A stretch of DNA of 32,000 bases, taken from positions 270,001 to 302,000 of the forward strand of contig CP100318.1 of NCBI GenBank assembly GCA_029851085.1, given 5' to 3'. Shown here piece by piece: positions 29,099 through 32,000 of the stretch. Below the pieces are notes generated by a model, which saw nothing but the letters and a program-made list of their open reading frames with translations, was not told the DNA's origin and did not search any database. A program made the position numbers and the translations under genes. The stretch's first letter is position 1, and each line of letters opens with the position of its first letter. This stretch comes from Candidatus Saccharimonadota bacterium (GTDB taxonomy: Bacteria; Bacteroidota; Bacteroidia; Flavobacteriales; Blattabacteriaceae).

Positions 29099-29680
29099 AT
29101 GGCATCAAATACTACAGATATTAAAAAAGGTTTATGTTTATTGTTAAATGATGAAATTTATAAAGTAATAGAATTTATACATGTAAAACCTGGAAAGGGA
29201 TCTGCATTTATACGTACTAAACTAAAACATCTAATTACAGGACATATATTAGAAAATACTTTTCCTTCGGGACATAAGATAGAAAACGTACGTATAGAAA
29301 CCCGTACTTATAAATATTTATATAGAGATAAAACATTATTTTATTTTATGAATGTTACAAATTATGATCAAATTTTTTTAGATAAAAAAGTTATAAATAA
29401 TTACCAATTCTTGAAAGAAGGGTTGACAGTTAAAATAATTTTTATTGCAGATAATGATATTCCATTATATGTAGATATGCCTCATAATGTAATATTAAAA
29501 GTAATTTATACAGAACCATGTATAAAAGGAGACACTATTACAAATGCTACAAAACCTGCTAAATTAGAAAATTGTGTTACTGTGCAAGTACCTTTATTTA
29601 TAAATATTGGAGAATATATTAAAGTAAATATTGAAAAATGTTCATACATAGAAAGATATAAAGAATATACAAAAATATAA
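29099..29680 (+). CDS. efp: Translation elongation factor P
   Basis: Start trimmed to the ATG at 29099 (MASNTTDIKKG...). Contains VKPGKGSAFIRTKLK (modified-Lys loop) and TEP.IKGDT...ATKPA.LE.G. The track start at 29069 lies inside fabZ. Confidence 0.93.
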   Translation: MASNTTDIKKGLCLLLNDEIYKVIEFIHVKPGKGSAFIRTKLKHLITGHILENTFPSGHKIENVRIETRTYKYLYRDKTLFYFMNVTNYDQIFLDKKVINNYQFLKEGLTVKIIFIADNDIPLYVDMPHNVILKVIYTEPCIKGDTITNATKPAKLENCVTVQVPLFINIGEYIKVNIEKCSYIERYKEYTKI

Positions 29681-29684
29681 ATCA

Positions 29685-30572
29685 ATGAGCATCTTAGTTA
29701 ACAAAAATTCAAAAGTCATTGTACAAGGATTTACTGGAAAAGAGGGAAGTTTTCATTCAGAAAAAATGATTGCTTACGGAACTAATGTAATAGGAGGAGT
29801 TACACCAGGGAAAGGTGGACAAAGACATTTGGAAAAACCTGTATTTAATACTGTAGAAGAAGCAGTAAAACAATTAGGATTAATTGATGTTAGCATAATT
29901 TTTGTTCCTGCAATATTTGCAGCTGATGTTATACTTGAAGCAGCTGACGCTGGAATATCACTTATAGTTTGTATTACTGAAGGCATACCTATTTTAGATA
30001 TGATTAAAGTAAAATATTATATAAATAATAAAAATTGTAAATTAATTGGTCCAAATTGTCCTGGAATAATAACTGTTGAAGAAACTTTAATAGGTATTAT
30101 GCCTAGTTCTATATTTAAAAAAGGAAATATAGGTATTATATCTAGATCTGGAACATTAACTTACGAAGTAGCTGATCAAATAGTTAAATCTGGTTATGGT
30201 ATATCTACAGCTATTGGTATTGGTGGAGATTATATTATTGGGTTTAGTATACTAGAAATTATAAAATTATTTATGAACGATCCAGATACTGATGTTATTG
30301 TATTGATAGGAGAAATTGGTGGACAACTTGAAATTGAAGCAGCTAAATGGATAAAAAATAATAAAAAGTGTAATAAAGCAGTTATTGGATTTATTGCTGG
30401 TGTAACTGCACCAAAAGGACGTATTATGGGACATGCTGGAGCTATAATTGGTGGAAAAAATGATACAGCACAATTTAAAATTGAAATTATGAAAAAATGT
30501 GGTATGTATATAGTTACATCTTTGGATCAAATAGGATATGAGATAAGTAAAATTATGAAAAAATATAATTAA
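29685..30572 (+). CDS. sucD: Succinyl-CoA ligase (ADP-forming) subunit alpha
   Basis: 295 aa. VIVQGFTGKEGSFHSEKMIAYGTNVIGGVTPGKGG, GPNCPGIIT, SRSGTLTYE and MGHAGAII (catalytic His). Confidence 0.96.
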   Translation: MSILVNKNSKVIVQGFTGKEGSFHSEKMIAYGTNVIGGVTPGKGGQRHLEKPVFNTVEEAVKQLGLIDVSIIFVPAIFAADVILEAADAGISLIVCITEGIPILDMIKVKYYINNKNCKLIGPNCPGIITVEETLIGIMPSSIFKKGNIGIISRSGTLTYEVADQIVKSGYGISTAIGIGGDYIIGFSILEIIKLFMNDPDTDVIVLIGEIGGQLEIEAAKWIKNNKKCNKAVIGFIAGVTAPKGRIMGHAGAIIGGKNDTAQFKIEIMKKCGMYIVTSLDQIGYEISKIMKKYN

Positions 30573-30609
30573 ATTTTAATTTAACTTTATTATTTAAAAA
30601 AAAAACATA

Positions 30610-31245
30610 ATGAAAGTTTTAGTAGGAAAAAATGCTCCTAATTTTAAAGCTAATGCTATTATAAATAATCAAATAATAGAAAATTTTACTTTAAAAAAAT
30701 TTATAGGAAAATATGTATTATTATTTTTTTATCCTAAAGATTTTACTTTTGTATGTCCTACTGAATTACATGCTTTTCAAGCAAAAATACAAGATTTTGA
30801 ATCAAGAAATGTACAAATTATTGCTGTATCTACAGATACAGAACAATCCCATTGGGGATGGATGCAGCTATCAAAACAAGAAGGTGGAATAAAAGGCATA
30901 ACCTATCCTATTGTAGCTGATACTAATAAAACTATTTCTTATAATTATGGAGTTTTAGCAGGTGATTGGATTTATGATGAAGAAAATGATCAAATAGAAG
31001 CATATAAAGAATTGGTTGCTTATAGAGGACTTTTTTTAATTGATAAAGAAGGTATTATACGTCATCAATTAATTAATGATATGCCTCTAGGCAGAAATGT
31101 TAATGAAGCGATACGTATTATAGATGCACTTATTTTTTTTGAAAAAAATGGAGAAGTATGTCCAGCTAATTGGAAATTAGGTGATAAAGGTATAAAAACT
31201 GATCATAAAAGTGTAGCACTATATTTATCTTCTAAAAAGTATTAA
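30610..31245 (+). CDS. ahpC: Typical 2-Cys peroxiredoxin (AhpC/Tsa family)
   Basis: 211 aa. FFYPKDFTFVCPTE (peroxidatic Cys) and GEVCPANW (resolving Cys). Confidence 0.93.
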   Translation: MKVLVGKNAPNFKANAIINNQIIENFTLKKFIGKYVLLFFYPKDFTFVCPTELHAFQAKIQDFESRNVQIIAVSTDTEQSHWGWMQLSKQEGGIKGITYPIVADTNKTISYNYGVLAGDWIYDEENDQIEAYKELVAYRGLFLIDKEGIIRHQLINDMPLGRNVNEAIRIIDALIFFEKNGEVCPANWKLGDKGIKTDHKSVALYLSSKKY

Positions 31246-31269
31246 TATATGCACATAATTTAGCATCAT

Positions 31270-32000
31270 ATGAATAGCATCAAATGTATAAAATCAGTTT
31301 TAAAAGATATTAAATTATATAGTATATCTATAGATACGTTTGAATTAGAAATTCAGTATACTATTAAAAAATATAAAGGAGATGTTACATTAATAATATT
31401 TCCATTATTAAAGATTTTTAAAAAACCTTTGAAAGAAATTGGACAAGAGTTAGGCAATAACATTAAAAAAAAATTATCATTTATTAAATCATTTAATGTA
31501 ATTAATGGATTTTTAAATTTAGAATTTAAAGATGAGTATTATTTGGAATTATTATTAAAAATGAAACAAGGATTATTTAAAATAAATAAAAAAAAACATC
31601 GTCCATTATTAATGATAGAATATTCTTCACCTAATACTAATAAACCTTTACATTTAGGACATATTCGTAATTGCATATTAGGACAATCAATGTCCAATAT
31701 ATTTGATACTATAGGATATAAAGTAATCAGAACCCAACTTATTAACGATAGGGGAATACATATTTGTAAATCTATGGTTGCTTGGCAAAAATTAGGTCAA
31801 AGCAAAACTCCCCAAAATACAAATATAAAGGGAGATCATTTTGTTGGTAAATATTATGTAGAATTTGAAAATTTGAAACGTAAAGAAATTGAAAGATTAT
31901 TATCATTAGGATATAATTATAGTGAAGCTGAAAAAAAATCTACAATCATGCAATCTGTACGTGAAACTTTACGTAAATGGGAAAATGGTGACAATTATAC
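31270..32000 (+). CDS. argS: Arginyl-tRNA synthetase, 5' part; continues past window end
   Basis: Not in ORF track because it is open at the window edge. Hand translation from the ATG at 31270 gives MNSIKCIKSVLKD...MIEYSSPNTNKPLHLGHIRNCILGQSMSNIF...INDRGIHICKSM. This has the class I HIGH motif in ArgRS context and no stop codon through 32000. Confidence 0.88.
   Translation, partial: MNSIKCIKSVLKDIKLYSISIDTFELEIQYTIKKYKGDVTLIIFPLLKIFKKPLKEIGQELGNNIKKKLSFIKSFNVINGFLNLEFKDEYYLELLLKMKQGLFKINKKKHRPLLMIEYSSPNTNKPLHLGHIRNCILGQSMSNIFDTIGYKVIRTQLINDRGIHICKSMVAWQKLGQSKTPQNTNIKGDHFVGKYYVEFENLKRKEIERLLSLGYNYSEAEKKSTIMQSVRETLRKWENGDNY

Noticed and set aside
2677-30530. Antisense track ORFs inside dnaK, rpsC, rplO, mdh, pdhA, E2, fabZ and sucD (2677-2886, 11227-11421, 16269-16604, 22117-22383, 22519-22707, 24421-24636, 28908-29108, 29774-29986, 30267-30530)
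   Set aside because: Each lies fully within, and opposite to, a strongly conserved gene. The translations are low-complexity S/F/I/L-rich strings without motifs. They are shadow ORFs.
1-32000. Alternative genetic code (for example UGA=Trp) as the explanation for the broken dnaB
   Set aside because: All other conserved genes read full-length under the standard bacterial code. The dnaB disruptions include TAA stops, true frame changes and deletions, which no codon reassignment would repair.
1-32000. A novel defence, toxin or mobile system
   Set aside because: Every ORF of meaningful length is accounted for by housekeeping functions, apart from one 118-aa orphan. I saw no integrase, transposase or nuclease genes, no tRNA-flanked island and no inverted-repeat-bounded segment.

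Overview
Very AT-rich (by eye about three-quarters A+T), extremely gene-dense window with no mobile elements, CRISPR arrays, defence genes or other accessory-type gene content. It reads as core chromosome of a genome-reduced Bacteroidota (Flavobacteriales-type) obligate insect endosymbiont. That lineage call is inference from protein motifs and gene order (rplM-rpsI-rpsB, pdhA next to E2, DnaK ending DVDFEEVK); I cannot name the species. The centre (4.8-21.2 kb, + strand) is the contiguous str/S10/spc/alpha ribosomal-protein superoperon: rpsL-rpsG-fusA-rpsJ...rplO-secY-infA-rpmJ-rpsM-rpsK-rpsD-rpoA-rplQ. Flanking it are rpsB/rpsI/rplM, dnaK, map, mdh, pdhA plus E2, ligA, an M14 peptidase, rpmH, tsaE, fabZ, efp, sucD, a peroxiredoxin and the start of argS. 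Five genes are missing from the ORF track and were found by hand: rpsB (5' part), rpmJ, rpmH, argS (5' part) and a 105-nt SRP RNA (ffs). I do not see a novel multi-gene system. The points worth a second look are: (1) a heavily eroded dnaB (replicative helicase) pseudogene; (2) an exact 68-bp tandem duplication covering the ffs 5' end and the mdh start, which creates a 21-codon upstream ORF ending 2 nt before the real mdh ATG; (3) an exact 22-bp tandem duplication upstream of dnaK; (4) slippage-type in-frame repeat expansions inside essential genes (GC-rich Gly/Ala tract in SecY, acidic 18-bp repeat array in the E2 linker, KKS repeat in S4); (5) an unusually divergent decoding-loop segment in ribosomal protein S12.
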